Positions 25,530-38,900 of a stretch of 64,000 nt of DNA are shown here, piece by piece; the first letter of the stretch is position 1; the number at the start of each line of letters is the position of its first letter. The translations under genes were made by a program, and so were the position numbers. The stretch is taken from assembly GCA_964016885.1 (NCBI GenBank), contig OZ024740.1, positions 12,028,001 to 12,092,000 of the forward strand, in the 5' to 3' direction. The notes beneath the pieces were generated by a model that worked only from the letters and a program-made list of their open reading frames with translations, did no database searches and was not told where the DNA came from. This DNA is from Eledone cirrhosa (taxonomy: Eukaryota).

Positions 25530-28370
25530 ATAGATCCGGGGAACACACAAGCCAGGTAGATTATATCCTTACCAGAAGACGTGACAGAGTGTCTGTTGTA
25601 AACACTAAATCCCTCCCCCATGAAGAATGCACCTCCCAACATAGACTGATAATTAGCGACCTCACAGTCAGGACGAGACGTACTCGACAGCAGAAGAGGA
25701 CTATCCTCAGGAGAAAAATATGGAAGCTAAAGGACCCCACAGCCAGGAATAAATTTCAAAGCATATTACTTGATGCTTTCGACAGTAAGGAAGAACATTT
25801 AGAGTTGGACAATATAGAGGGACAGTGGGAATTTCTGAAAGCAAACCTGCTGATGGCGACAGACGAAGTCTGTGGCTGGAGCAGGCCTGTAGGCAGGAGG
25901 AGAGTAACATGGTGGTGGAACAGTAAGGTGGAGGGGTCAATTAAGGCCAAAAAGCAGGCTTGGAAAGTATGGCGGGATGGGGGAAGTAGAGAAGACTATC
26001 AAGTGGCCAGGAGGGAAGCTAGGAGACAAGTGTACTTAGCCAGAAGGGAAGCTGAGGAAAGAAAGTTCAAGCATGTTCTACAATGCGAGGACCAAAAACG
26101 TGAGGTGTTCAGGATTGCTAGGCAATGCGTCAAGGAAAACCGTGATATTGTTGGGGAGAAGTGTGTACTTAACGATGATGGCATACTTGCCATCACCGAC
26201 GCTGATAAGAAGGTAGCTTGGAAGTGTCACTATGAAAGGCTACTAAATGAGGAGAATAAATGGGAGAAAGACAGTCTCCCCCATATCGACCCAATAGAGG
26301 GACCAGCAGTGTTAGTCGAGGGGAGTATAATAAGTAAGGCAATCAAAGATATGAAGACAGGTAAGGCGGCTGGGCCTTCGGAAATAGTTGCTGAGATGCT
26401 GAAAGCATCTGGCACGGTGGGACACACCATGGTCACCCGCATAGTTAACCAAGTCGTACAGAATGGGGTTGTTCTGAAGGACTGGCATAGCAGCATCATC
26501 GTTAACTGTTATAAGGGTAAAGGAGACGCCCTAGATAGGAGTAACTATAGAGGCATTAAATTAATCGACCAGGTCATGAAGGTCACAGAAAAAGTAATAG
26601 CACAACTAATCAGAGAGAGAATTGACCTAGATGAAATGCAGTTCGGGTTTGTGTCAGGCAAAAGTACCACAGATGCTCTTTTCATTGTACGACAACTACA
26701 GGAGAAGTACCTAGCTAAAGGTAAACCCCTCTACTTAGCTTTTGTCGACTTGGAGAAAGCCTTCGACAGAGTCCCCCACTCCATTATCTGGTGGGCTCTT
26801 AGAAAACTAGGCGTTGACGAATGGCTTGTGAGAGCTATACAAGCCATGTATAAAGAAACAGTCAGCAAGGTTAGAATTAACAACGAATATAGTGAAGAGT
26901 TTAGCGTAAAAGTTGGCGTCCATCAGGGCTCTGTTCTCAGCCCCCTACTATTTATTATTGCCCTTCAGGCTATAACAGAGGAGTTCAAGACCGGCTGCCC
27001 ATGGGAACTCCTATACGCAGACGACCTGACACTCATAGCGGAATCAATGGCCGAGCTAGAGAAGAAATTCCAAACATGGAAGCACGGCCTAGAATCAAAA
27101 GGACTTAAAATTAACCTGGCTAAGACTAAAGTTCTAGTTTGTAGGAAAGAAAATAAGGCGGCGGTCCCTTCTGGGAAATGGTCGTGCTCGGTGTGTAGGA
27201 AAGGCGTAGGTAGAAACTCCATTTTATGTCCTAAATGCAAAGTATGGGTGCATAAAAGATGTAGTGGGATCACAGGTAAGCTAACTAAGAACATAGATTT
27301 TACATGTGGCCAGTGCTCTGGTGCAATAAGTAGCAGCAAGTGCCCACAAAATACTAGCTCTTTCAATTTCGCAGAGGGTTCTATAGAAATAGTGGACAGC
27401 TTCCGTTACCTGGGCGATAAAATCAGCAGTGGGGGAGGGTGCTCTGAAAGTACAGTAGCTAGAGTCAGAACTGGTTGGAAAAAGTTCAGAGAGCTTATAC
27501 CACTATTAGCTGCTAAAGGGTTCTCCCTAAAAATGAAAGGCAGGTTGTACGATGCCTGCATACGAACAGCAATGTTGCATGGCAGTGAGACCTGGGCATT
27601 GTGTGCAGAGGATATATGCAGACTAGAGAGGAACGAAGCTTGCATCCTCCGCTGGATGTGTAACAGTAATATACGTGAACGGCAAAGCATAAACGAACTA
27701 AGGAAAAAATTAGAAATAAGAGGGATCAGATATTGTTTACTCGAGAGAAGGCTACGTTGGTATGGACACGTGATGCGCATGAAAGTCGATAGCTGTATAA
27801 CAAAGTGCAGGGCAATAAAGATAGACGGTAACCACGGAATAGGCAGACCTAGAAAAACCTGGGATGAGCTGATAAACTCCGACCTCACACACTTACACCT
27901 CTCCAAGACAATGTCACTGGACCGAGACCTTTGGCGGTACTCAGTAACAGAGAAGACCCGCCTTACCTAAATACATAGTAAAACCTACTACAGCCAGTAG
28001 GCATCTCTAACAAAATACCCCCCCGTCCCACCACCCCCACCCCCACCCCATCCACACCACCCCGTTCTATGTAAAGTTATGTTGGTGCCACACCATCCAG
28101 GCCGAAACAAATGAGATCGTGTAGGTGTCACGACAAAAAAACACACAGTCCACGCTGTAATGTGGCCGTGTAGGCAACACGGTAAAAACCTCCCAGACCC
28201 ACACTGTAAATGTGGTTGGTGTTAGGAAGGGCATCCAACTGTAGAAAACCTGCCAGACAGTCCTATGCGAGCAAGACAATCACTCTTGCCTCAAGTGGGA
28301 ATACCCCCGTCCAAACCCATGCAAGCGTGGAACACGGACGTTAAACATTGATGATGATGATGATGATGAT
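25530..28370 (+). mobile_element. 5'-truncated RTE-clade LINE with 3'UTR and (GAT)n tail
   Basis: Starts within the endonuclease C-terminus (SQVDYIL...SQHRLII) directly after (TA)n and ends gttaaacattgatgatgatgat. Confidence 0.92.
25589..27970 (+). CDS. RTE ORF remnant: reverse transcriptase with a PHD finger (uninterrupted frame, N-terminally truncated)
   Basis: NYRGIKL, QFGF, FVDLEKAFDRV, HQGSVLSP, YADD; C4HC3 pattern CSVC..ILCPKCKVWVHKRC..FTCGQC; RRLRWYGHVMRM, GRPRKTW. Confidence 0.9.
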   Translation: MSVVNTKSLPHEECTSQHRLIISDLTVRTRRTRQQKRTILRRKIWKLKDPTARNKFQSILLDAFDSKEEHLELDNIEGQWEFLKANLLMATDEVCGWSRPVGRRRVTWWWNSKVEGSIKAKKQAWKVWRDGGSREDYQVARREARRQVYLARREAEERKFKHVLQCEDQKREVFRIARQCVKENRDIVGEKCVLNDDGILAITDADKKVAWKCHYERLLNEENKWEKDSLPHIDPIEGPAVLVEGSIISKAIKDMKTGKAAGPSEIVAEMLKASGTVGHTMVTRIVNQVVQNGVVLKDWHSSIIVNCYKGKGDALDRSNYRGIKLIDQVMKVTEKVIAQLIRERIDLDEMQFGFVSGKSTTDALFIVRQLQEKYLAKGKPLYLAFVDLEKAFDRVPHSIIWWALRKLGVDEWLVRAIQAMYKETVSKVRINNEYSEEFSVKVGVHQGSVLSPLLFIIALQAITEEFKTGCPWELLYADDLTLIAESMAELEKKFQTWKHGLESKGLKINLAKTKVLVCRKENKAAVPSGKWSCSVCRKGVGRNSILCPKCKVWVHKRCSGITGKLTKNIDFTCGQCSGAISSSKCPQNTSSFNFAEGSIEIVDSFRYLGDKISSGGGCSESTVARVRTGWKKFRELIPLLAAKGFSLKMKGRLYDACIRTAMLHGSETWALCAEDICRLERNEACILRWMCNSNIRERQSINELRKKLEIRGIRYCLLERRLRWYGHVMRMKVDSCITKCRAIKIDGNHGIGRPRKTWDELINSDLTHLHLSKTMSLDRDLWRYSVTEKTRLT

Positions 28371-28371
28371 A

Positions 28372-28670
28372 TATGGCTTAGTGGTTAGAGCATTGGCCTT
28401 GCAATTGAAAGGTTGTGAGTTCAATTCTCAGACCGGGTGATGCGTTGTTTCCTTGAGCAAGACACTTTATTTCACATTGGTCCAGTTTACTCAGCTGTAG
28501 AAATTCCACTGCAAAGCGCCCGTGGAGGTGCCACGGCAAAAAAGCACCCACCCTCACTGTAAATGAGGTTGGTGTTAGGAAGGGAATCCAGCTGTAGAAA
28601 TCAAGCCAGAATCAGTTCCTGTCCCACCCTTGCAAGCAGGGAAAAGCGGATGTAAAATGATGATGATGAT
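28372..28670 (+). mobile_element. tRNA-derived SINE carrying the RTE 3' tail
   Basis: A box TGGCTTAGTGG, B box GAGTTCAATTC, central ccttgagcaagacact, then the tail shared with the RTE 3'UTR and (GAT)n. Confidence 0.8.
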
Positions 28671-28686
28671 ATATACATATATATAT

Positions 28687-29374
28687 GTAATAGTAATATA
28701 CGTGAACAGCAAAGCATAAACGAACTAAGGGAGAAATTAGGAATAAGATGGATCAGATGTTGTTTACTTGAGAGAAGACTACGTTGGTACGGTCACGTGA
28801 TGCGCATGAAAGACGACAGCTGTATAAAAAAGTGCAGAGCGATAAAAATAGACGGTAGCCACGGAGTAGGCAGACCCAGAAAAACCTGGGACGACTTGAT
28901 AAATTCCGACCTCACACACTTACACCTCTCCAAGACAATGTCACTGGACCGAGACCTTTGGCAGTACTCAGTAATAGAGAAGACCCGCCTTACCTAAATA
29001 CAAAGCAAAACCTACTACAGTCAGTAAGCACCTCTAACAAAATACACCCTCGTCCCACTACCCCCACACCATCCACACCACCCCCTTAAATGTAAAGTTA
29101 TGTTGGTACCACAACATCCAGTCCGAAATAAATGAGGTTGTGTAGGTGTCACGACAAAAACACACAGTCCACGCTGTAATGTGGCCGTGTAGGCAACACG
29201 GTAAAAACCTCCCAGCCCCACACTGTAAATGTGGTTGGTGTTAGGAAGGGCATCCAGCTGTAGAAAACCCGCCAGACAGTCCTATGCGAGCAAAACAACC
29301 ACTCTTGCCTCAAGTGGGAAAACTCCCGTCCAAACCCATGCAAGCGTGGAACACGGACGTTAAACGAAGATGAT
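28687..29374 (+). mobile_element. Second RTE 3' fragment
   Basis: Highly similar to ~27660-28355; the ORF end MRMKDDSCIKKCRAIK...EKTRLT is near-identical. Confidence 0.92.
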
Positions 29375-29384
29375 GTGTGTGTGA

Positions 29385-29640
29385 GTGATGGCTGCAGCGT
29401 GATTTCGAAGAATGCTATCACTTGATACATAAGCATGAGCAGCAGAGACATGGGTTTTTAGTCCTGCTACGGACTTGCAATGGGGGCCTCTCACAGTAGG
29501 TGTTACGGTCCTGGTTTGGTGCACTTGCAAATGACGTTTCAGTTCACCAACTGTGGTACACTCTTTTCCACACTCCCCACAAACAATGTACAGTTGACAG
29601 TGTCCCCTGTACATGGCTTCTCAGATGACTTCCAAAAGCA
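29385..29640 (-). mobile_element. 3' end of a BovB-like RTE LINE with C2H2 finger remnants
   Basis: CGECGKECTTVGELKRHLQVH and CKSVAGLKTHVSAAH, followed by the tail ttcttcgaaatcacgctgcagccatc. Confidence 0.5.
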
Positions 29641-29924
29641 GCCACATTCTTTATATATATATATATATGCAGAATGGAATGAATATATTGAAACAAAGTG
29701 AGGTTTCACATTAAGGGCTTTATTGATTATACACAGTTACACCATTTCACAGATGGGTAACTCAGGATCTATATAAATGTTATATAGATGCTGCTCATCA
29801 GATTTTTTAATCAAACAAAGCCAAAATCTCATGTAGGTGACTCGACAAAAACTCCCAACCCACACTGTAAAGTGGTTGTGTAGATGTCACGATAAAAAGC
29901 ACCTAGTACACACTGTGAATGTGG

Positions 29925-32900
29925 TTGATGTATTTTACCATGACACCAGCGCTAATACTTTACAGTGTGGACTGGGTGTATTTTACCATGACACTAGCAC
30001 TAATACTATACAGTGTGGACTGGGTGTATTTTACCATGACACCAGTACTAATACTATACAGTGTGGACTGGGTGTATTTTACCATGACACCAGCACTAAT
30101 ACTTTATATTGTGGACTGGCTGTATTTTACCATGACACCAGCACTAATACTATACAGTGTGGACTGGGTGTATTTTACCATGACACCAGCACTAATACTG
30201 TACAATGTGGACTGGGTGTATTTTACCATGACACCAGCACTAATACTATACAGTGTGGACTGGGTGTATTTTACCATGACACCAGCACTAATACTTTACA
30301 GTGTGGACTGGGTGTATTTTACCATGACACCAGCACTAATACTTTACAGTGTGGACTGGGTGTATTTTACCATGACACCAGCACTAATACTTTACAGTGT
30401 GGACTGGGTGTATTTTACCATGACACCAGCACTAATACTTTACAGTGTGGACTGGGTGTATTTTACCATGACACCAGCACTAATACTATATAGTGTGGAC
30501 TGGCTGTATTTTACCATGACACCAGCACTAATACTTTACAGTGTGGACTGGGTGTATTTTACCATGACACTAGCACTAATACTATACAGTGTGGACTGGG
30601 TGTATTTTACCATGACACCAGTACTAATACTATACAGTGTGGACTGGGTGTATTTTACCATGACACTAGCACTAATACTATACAGTGTGGACTGGGTGTA
30701 TTTTACCATGACACCAGTACTAATACTATACAGTGTGGACTGGGTGTATTTTACCATGACACTAGCACTAATACTATACAGTGTGGACTGGGTGTATTTT
30801 ACCATGACACCAGTACTAATACTTTACAGTGTGGACTGGGTGTATTTTACCATGACACCGGCACTAATACTATACAGTGTGGACTGGGTGTATTTTACCA
30901 TGACACCAGCACTAATACTATACAGTGTGGCCTGGGTGTATTTTACCATGACACCAGCACTAATACTATACAGTGTGGACTGGGTGTATTTTACCATGAC
31001 ACCAGCACTAATACTGTACAATGTGGACTGGGTGTATTTTATCATGACACCAGCACTAATACTTTACAGTGTGGACTGGGTGTATTTTACCATGACACCA
31101 GCACTAATACTATACAGTGTGGACTGGGTGTATTTTACCAGGACACCAGCACTAATACTGTACAATGTGGACTGGGTGTATTTTACCATGACACCAGCAC
31201 TAATACTATACAGTGTGGACTGGGTGTATTTTACCATGACACCAGCACTAATACTTTACATTGTGGACTGGGTGTATTTTACCATGACACCAGCACTAAT
31301 ACTTTACAGTGTGGACTGGGTGAATTTTACCATGACACCAGCACTAATACTGTACGATGTGGACTGGGTGTATTTTACAATGACACCAGCACTAATACTT
31401 TATAGTGTGGACTGTGTGTATTTTACCATGACACCAGCACTAATACTTTACAGTGTGGTCTGGGTGTATTTTACCATGACACCAGCACTAATACTGTACG
31501 ATGTGGACTGGGTGTATTTTACCATGACACCAGTACTATTACTATACAGTGTGGACTGGGTGTATTTTACCATGACACCAGCACTAATACTATACAGTGT
31601 GGACTGGGTGTATTTTACCAAGACACCGGCACTAATACTTTACAGTGTGGACTGGGTGTATTTTACCATGACACCAGCACTAATACTTTACAGTGTGGAT
31701 TGGGTGTATTTTACCATGACACAAGCACTAATACTATACAGTGTGGACTGGGTGTATTTTACCATGACACCGGCACTAATACTTTACAGTGTGGACTGGG
31801 GGTATTTTACCATGACACCAGTACTAATACTTTACAGTGTGGACTGGGTGTATTTTACCATGACACCAGTACTAATACTATACAGTGTGGACTGGGTGTA
31901 TTTTACCATGACACCAGCACTAATACTATACAGTGTGGACTGGGTGGATTTTACCATGACACCAGCACTAATATTTTACAGTGTGGACTGGGTGTATTTT
32001 ACCATGACACCAGGACTAATACTTTACAGTGTGGACTGGGTGTATTTTACCATGACACCAGCACTAATACTTTACAGTGTGGACTGGGTGTATTTTACCA
32101 TGACACCAGCACTAATACTTTACAGTGTGGACTGGGTGTATTTTACCATGACACCAGCACTAATACTTTACAGTGTGGACTGGGTGTATTTTACCATGAC
32201 ATCAGCACTAATACTTTACAGTGTGGACTGGGTGTATTTTACCATGACACCAGCACTAATACTTTACAGTGTGGACTGGGTGTATTTTACCATGACACCA
32301 GCACTAATACTTTACAGTGTGGACTGGGTGTATTTTACCATGACACCAGCACTAATACTTTATAGTGTGGACTGGATGTATTTTACCATGACACCAGCAC
32401 TAATACTTTACAGTGTGGACTGGGTGTATTTTACCATGACACCAGCACTAATACTATACAGTGTGGACTGTGTGTATTTTATCATGACACCAGCACTGAT
32501 ACTTTGCAGTGTGGACTGGGTATATTTTACCATGACACCAGCACTAATACTTTACACGGTGGACTGGGTATATTTTACCATGACACCAGTACTAATGCTT
32601 TACAGTGTGGACTGGGTGTATTTTATCATGACACCAGCACTAATACTATACAATGTGGACTGGGTGTATTTTACCATGACACCAGTACTAATACTTTACA
32701 GTGTGCACTGTGTGTATTTTACCATGACACCAGCGCTAATACTATACAGTGGGGACTGAGTGTATTTTACCATGACACCAGCGCTAATACTTTACTGTGT
32801 GGACTGGGTATATTTTACCATGACACCAGTACTAATACTTTACAGTGTGGACTGGGTGTATTTTACCATGACACCTGTACTAATACTATACAGTGTGTGC

Positions 32901-35900
32901 TGGGTATATTTTACCATGACACCAGTACTAATACTTTACAGTGTGGACTGGGTGTATTTTACCATGACACCAGCACTAATACTTTACAGTGTGGACTGGC
33001 TGTATTTTACCATGACACCAGCACTAATACTATACAGTGTGGACTGGGTGTATTTTACCATGACACCAGCACTAATACTTTACAGTGTGGGCTGGGTGTA
33101 TTTTATCATGACATCAGCACTAATACTATACAATGTGGACTGGGTGTATTTTACCATGTCACCAGCACTAATACTATACAGTGTGGGCTGGGTGTATAGT
33201 GTGGACTGGGTGTATTTTACCATGACACCAGCACTAATATATACAGTGTGGACTGGGTGTATTTTACCATGAGACCAGCACTAATACTATACAGTGTGGA
33301 CTGGGTGTATTTTACCATGACACCAGCACTAATACTTTACAGTGTGGACTGGGTGTATTTTACCATGACACCAGCACTAATACTTTACAGTGTGGACTGG
33401 GTGTATTTTACCATGACACCAGCACTAATACTTTACAGTGTGGTCTGGGTGTATTTTACCATGACACCAGCACTAATACTTTACAGTGTGGACTGGGTGT
33501 ATTTTACCATGACACCAGCACTAATACTTTACAGTGTGGTCTGGGTGTATTTTACCATGACACCAGCACTAATACTATACATTGTGGACTGGGTGTATTT
33601 CACCATGACACCAGCACTAATACTTTACAGTGTGGATTGGGTGTATTTTACCATGACACCAGCACTAATACTATACAGTGTGGACTGGGTGTATTTTACC
33701 ATGACACCAGCACTAATACTTTACAGTGTGGACTGGGTGTATTTTAGCATGACACCAGCACTAATACTTTACAGTGTGGACTGGGTGTATTTTACCAGGA
33801 AGCCAGCACTAATACTATACAGTGTGGACTGGGCTTATTTTACCATGACACCAGCACTAATACTATACTGTGTTGACTGGGTGTATTTTACCATGACACC
33901 AGCACTAATACTATACAATGTGGACTGGGTGTATTTTACCATGACACCAGCACTAATACTTTACAGTGTGGACTGGGTGTATTTTACCATGACACCAGCA
34001 CTAATACTATACAATGTGGACTGGGTGTATTTTACCATGACACCAGCACTAATAATATACAGTGTGGACTGGGTGTATTTTACCATGACACCGGCACTAA
34101 TACTTTACAGTGTGGAATGGGTGTATTTTACCATGACACCAGTACTAATACTTTACAGTGTGGACTGGGTGTATTTTACCATGACACCAGTACTAATACT
34201 ATACAGTGTGGACTGGGTGTATTTTACCATGACACCAGCACTGATACTATACAGTGTGGACAGGGTGTATTTTACCATGACACCAGCACTAATACTTTAC
34301 AGTGTGGACTGGGTGTATTTTACCATGACACCAGTACTAATACTTTACAGTGTGGACTGGGTGTATTTTACCATGACACCAGTACTAATACTATACAGTG
34401 TGGACTGGGTGTATTTTACCATGACACCAGCACTGATACTATACAGTGTGGACAGGGTGTATTTTACCATGACACCAGCACTAATACTTTACAGTGTGGA
34501 CTGGGTGTATTTTATCATGACACCAGCACTAATACTTTACAGTGTGGACTGGGTGTATTTTACCATGACACCAGCACTAATACTATACAGTGTGGACTGG
34601 ATGTATTTTACCATGACACCAGCACTCATACTATACAATCTGGACTGGGTGTATTTTACAATGACACCAGCACTAATACTATACAGTGTGGACTGGGTGT
34701 ATTTTATCATGACATCAGCACTTGTACTTTACAGTGTGGACTGGGTGTATTTTAACATGACACCAGCACTAATACTATGCAGTGTGGACTGTGTGTATTT
34801 TATCATGACACCAGCACTGATACTTTGCAGTGTGGACTGGGTATATTTTACCATGACACCAGCACTAATATTTTACAGTGTGGACTGGGTGTATTTTACC
34901 ATGACACCAGCACTAATAATATACAATGTGGACTGGGTGTATTTTACCATGACACCAGCACTAATACTTTGCAGTGTGGAATGGGTGTATTTTACCATGA
35001 CACCAGCACTAATACTTTACAGTGTGGACTGGGTATATTTTACCATGACACCAGTACTAATGCTTTACAGTGTGGACTGGGTGTATTTTATCATGACACC
35101 AGCACTAATACTATACAATGTGGACTGGGTGTATTTTACCATGACACCAGTACTAATACTTTACAGTGTGGACTGTGTGTATTTTACCATGACACCAGCG
35201 CTAATACTATACAGTGTGGACTGGGTGTATTTTACCATGACACCAGCGCTAATACTTTACAGTGTGGACTGGGTATATTTTACCATGACACCAGTACTAA
35301 TACTTTACAGTGTGGACTGGCTGTATTTTACCATGACACCAGCACTAATACTATACAGTGTGGACTGGGTGTATTTTACCATGACACCAGCACTAATACT
35401 TTACAGTGTGGGCTGGGTGTATAGTGTGGACTGGGTGTATTTTAACATGACACCAGAACTAATACTTTACAGTGTGGACTGGGTGTATTTTACCATGAGA
35501 CCAGCACTAATACTATACAGTGTGGACTGGGTGTATTTTACCATGACACCAGCACTAATACTTTACAGTGTGGACTGGGTGTATTTTACCATGACACCAG
35601 CACTAATACTTTACAGTGTCGACTGGGTGTATTTTACCATGACACCAGCACTAATACTATACATTGTGGACTGGGTGTATTTTACCATGACACCAGCACT
35701 AATACCTAACAGTGTGGACTGGGTGTATTTTACCATGACACCACCACTAATACTATACAGCGTGGACTGGGTGTATTTTACCATGACACCAGCACTAATA
35801 CTTTACAGTGTGGACTGGGTGTATTTTACCATGACACCAGCACTAATACTTTACAGTGTGGACTGGGTGTATTTTACCATGACACCAGCACTAATACTTT

Positions 35901-38900
35901 ACAGTGTGGACTGGGTGTATTTTACCAGGAACCCAGCACTAATACTATACAGTGTGGACTGGGTTTATTTTACCATGACACCAGCACTAATACTATACTG
36001 TGTTGACTGGGTGTATTTTAACATGACACCAGCACTAATACTATACAACATGGACTGGGTGTATTTTACCATGACACCAGCACTAATACTATACAGTCTG
36101 GACTGGGTGTATTTTACCATGACACCAGCACTAATACTTTACAGTGTGGGCTGGGTGTATTTTATCATGACACCAGCACTAATACTATACAATGTGGACT
36201 GGGTGTATTTTATCATGACACCAGCACTAATACTTTACAGTGTGGACAGGGTGTATTTTACCATGACACCAGCACTAATACTTTACAGTGTGGACTGGGT
36301 GTATTTGACCATGACACCAACACTAATACTTTACAGTGTGGACTGGGTGTATTTTACCATGACACTAGCACTAATACTATACATCGTGAACTGGGTGTAT
36401 TTTACCATGACACCAGCACTAATACTTTACAGTGTGGACTGGGTGTATTTTACCAGGAAACCAGCACTAATACTATACAGTGTGGACTGGGTTTATTTTA
36501 CCATGACACCAGCACTAATACTATACTGTGTTGACTGGGTGTATTTTACCATGACACCAGCACTAATACTATACAATGTGGACTGGGTGTATTTTACCAT
36601 GACACCAGCACTAATACTATACAGTGTGGACTGGGTGTATTTTACCATGACACCAGCACTAATACTTTACAGTGTGGACTGGGTGTATTTTACCATGACA
36701 CCAGCACTAATACTTTACAGTGTGGACTGGGTGTATTTTACCATGACACCAGCACTAATACTTTATAGTGTGGACTGGATGTATTTTACCATGACACCAG
36801 CACTAATACTATACAGTGTGGACTGGGTGTATTTTACCATGACACCAGCACTTGTACTTTACAGTGTGGACTGGGTGTATTTTACCATGACACCAGCACT
36901 AATACTATACAGTGTGGACTGTGTGTATTTTATCATGACACCAGCAATGATACTTTGCAGTGTGGACTGGGTATATTTTACCATGACACCAGCACTAATA
37001 TTTTACAGTGTGGACTGGGTGTATTTTCCCATGACACCAGCACTAATACTATACAGTGTGGAATGGGTGTATTTTACCATGACACCAGCACTAATACTTT
37101 ACAGTGTGGACTGGGTATATTTTACCATGACACCAGTACTAATGCTTTACAGTGTGGACTGGGTGTATTTTATCATGACACCAGCACTAATACTTTACAA
37201 TGTGGACTGGGTGTATTTTACCATGACACCAGCTCTAATACTTTACAATGTGGACTGGGTGTATTTTACCATGACACCAGTACTAATACTTTACAGTGTG
37301 GACTGGGTGTATTTTACCATGACACCAGCGCTAATACTATACAGTGTGGACTGGGTGTATTTTACCATGACACCAGCGCTAATACTATACAGTGTGGACT
37401 GGGTGTATTTTACCATGACACCAGCGCTAATACTATACAGTGTGGACTGGGTGTATTTTACCATGACACCAGCGCTAATACTTTACAGTGTGGACTGGGT
37501 ATACTTTACCATGACACCAGTACTAATACTTTACAGTGTGGACTGGGCTTATTTTACCATGACACCAGCACTAATACTATACTGTGTTGACTGGGTGTAT
37601 TTTACCATGACACCAGCACTAATACTATACAATGTGGACTGGGTGTATTTTACCATGACACCAGCACTAATACTTTACAGTGTGGACTGGGTGTATTTTA
37701 CCATGACACCAGCACTAATACTATACAATGTGGACTGGGTGTATTTTACCATGACACCAGCACTAATAATATACAGTGTGGACTGGGTGTATTTTACCAT
37801 GACACCGGCACTAATACTTTACAGTGTGGAATGGGTGTATTTTACCATGACACCAGTACTAATACTTTACAGTGTGGACTGGGTGTATTTTACCATGACA
37901 CCAGTACTAATACTATACAGTGTGGACTGGGTGTATTTTACCATGACACCAGCACTGATACTATACAGTGTGGACAGGGTGTATTTTACCATGACACCAG
38001 CACTAATACTTTACAGTGTGGACTGGGTGTATTTTACCATGACACCAGTACTAATACTTTACAGTGTGGACTGGGTGTATTTTACCATGACACCAGTACT
38101 AATACTATACAGTGTGGACTGGGTGTATTTTACCATGACACCAGCACTGATACTATACAGTGTGGACAGGGTGTATTTTACCATGACACCAGCACTAATA
38201 CTTTACAGTGTGGACTGGGTGTATTTTATCATGACACCAGCACTAATACTTTACAGTGTGGACTGGGTGTATTTTACCATGACACCAGCACTAATACTAT
38301 ACAGTGTGGACTGGATGTATTTTACCATGACACCAGCACTCATACTATACAATCTGGACTGGGTGTATTTTACAATGACACCAGCACTAATACTATACAG
38401 TGTGGACTGGGTGTATTTTATCATGACATCAGCACTTGTACTTTACAGTGTGGACTGGGTGTATTTTAACATGACACCAGCACTAATACTATGCAGTGTG
38501 GACTGTGTGTATTTTATCATGACACCAGCACTGATACTTTGCAGTGTGGACTGGGTATATTTTACCATGACACCAGCACTAATATTTTACAGTGTGGACT
38601 GGGTGTATTTTACCATGACACCAGCACTAATAATATACAATGTGGACTGGGTGTATTTTACCATGACACCAGCACTAATACTTTGCAGTGTGGAATGGGT
38701 GTATTTTACCATGACACCAGCACTAATACTTTACAGTGTGGACTGGGTATATTTTACCATGACACCAGTACTAATGCTTTACAGTGTGGACTGGGTGTAT
38801 TTTATCATGACACCAGCACTAATACTATACAATGTGGACTGGGTGTATTTTACCATGACACCAGTACTAATACTTTACAGTGTGGACTGTGTGTATTTTA

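Noticed and set aside
28372-28445. tRNA gene
   Set aside because: It has A/B boxes but no full cloverleaf, and it continues into a SINE body and LINE tail.
29360-29614. Host C2H2 zinc-finger gene
   Set aside because: The fingers are degenerate, lack TGEKP linkers, and directly precede an RTE/BovB-type tail.
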